DNA from: Ramazzottius varieornatus
Taxonomy: Eukaryota > Animalia > Tardigrada
Direction of reading: 5' to 3'
Length of the DNA stretch: 64,000 nucleotides
NCBI GenBank assembly: GCA_001949185.1
Contig: BDGG01000007.1
Span: 1,942,730-2,006,729 of the forward strand
In this document: piece after piece, positions 43,017 to 64,000 of the stretch
Numbering within the stretch: the first letter of the stretch is position 1
Layout: every line of letters starts with the position of its first letter
Notes under the pieces: model-generated
The model's database searches: none
What the model was told of the DNA's origin: nothing
Seen by the model: the letters and a program-made list of their open reading frames with translations, nothing else
Made by a program: the position numbers and the translations under genes

Positions 43017-64000
<20,984 letters not shown>

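Overview
Eukaryotic (metazoan) genomic DNA: gene-dense, about 49% GC, with many short GT-AG introns. The compactness and composition resemble a tardigrade such as Ramazzottius, which is an unverified impression. Intron-split genes recognisable from their translations, in order: SPPL3 (-), CCT6 (-), a SANTA-domain KNL2/MIS18BP1-like gene (+), BCAS2/SPF27 (-), SARM1/TIR-1 (-), a mitochondrial-type seryl-tRNA synthetase that appears to lack its N-terminal arm (-), three tandem CGGBP1-like (hAT-transposase-derived) zinc-finger genes (+; the middle one frameshifted), AFG3L2 (-), PIGS (+), a three-exon secreted cystine-knot peptide gene missed by the ORF track (+), PAGR1/PA1 (-) and most of cytoplasmic dynein heavy chain (-, runs off the window end). 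Three non-autonomous DNA transposons with TIRs and TSDs lie in intergenic DNA. The most striking unexplained structure is a set of intron-resident, fixed-geometry palindromes. About 30 copies of CAAGTGGCGCAC-N24/25-GTGCGCCACTTG occur, plus sequence-unrelated families (ACCTGCATAC-N29/30-GTATGCAGGT, CACCTCGGTTTCTAT-N24-ATAGAAACCGAGGTG, CACGTGAC-N27/28-GTCACGTG and others). All share a footprint of about 47-54 bp and, when tandem, a period of about 70-81 bp. Arms and spacer length are conserved while the spacer sequence has decayed. Exon boundaries were read by eye and some are approximate.
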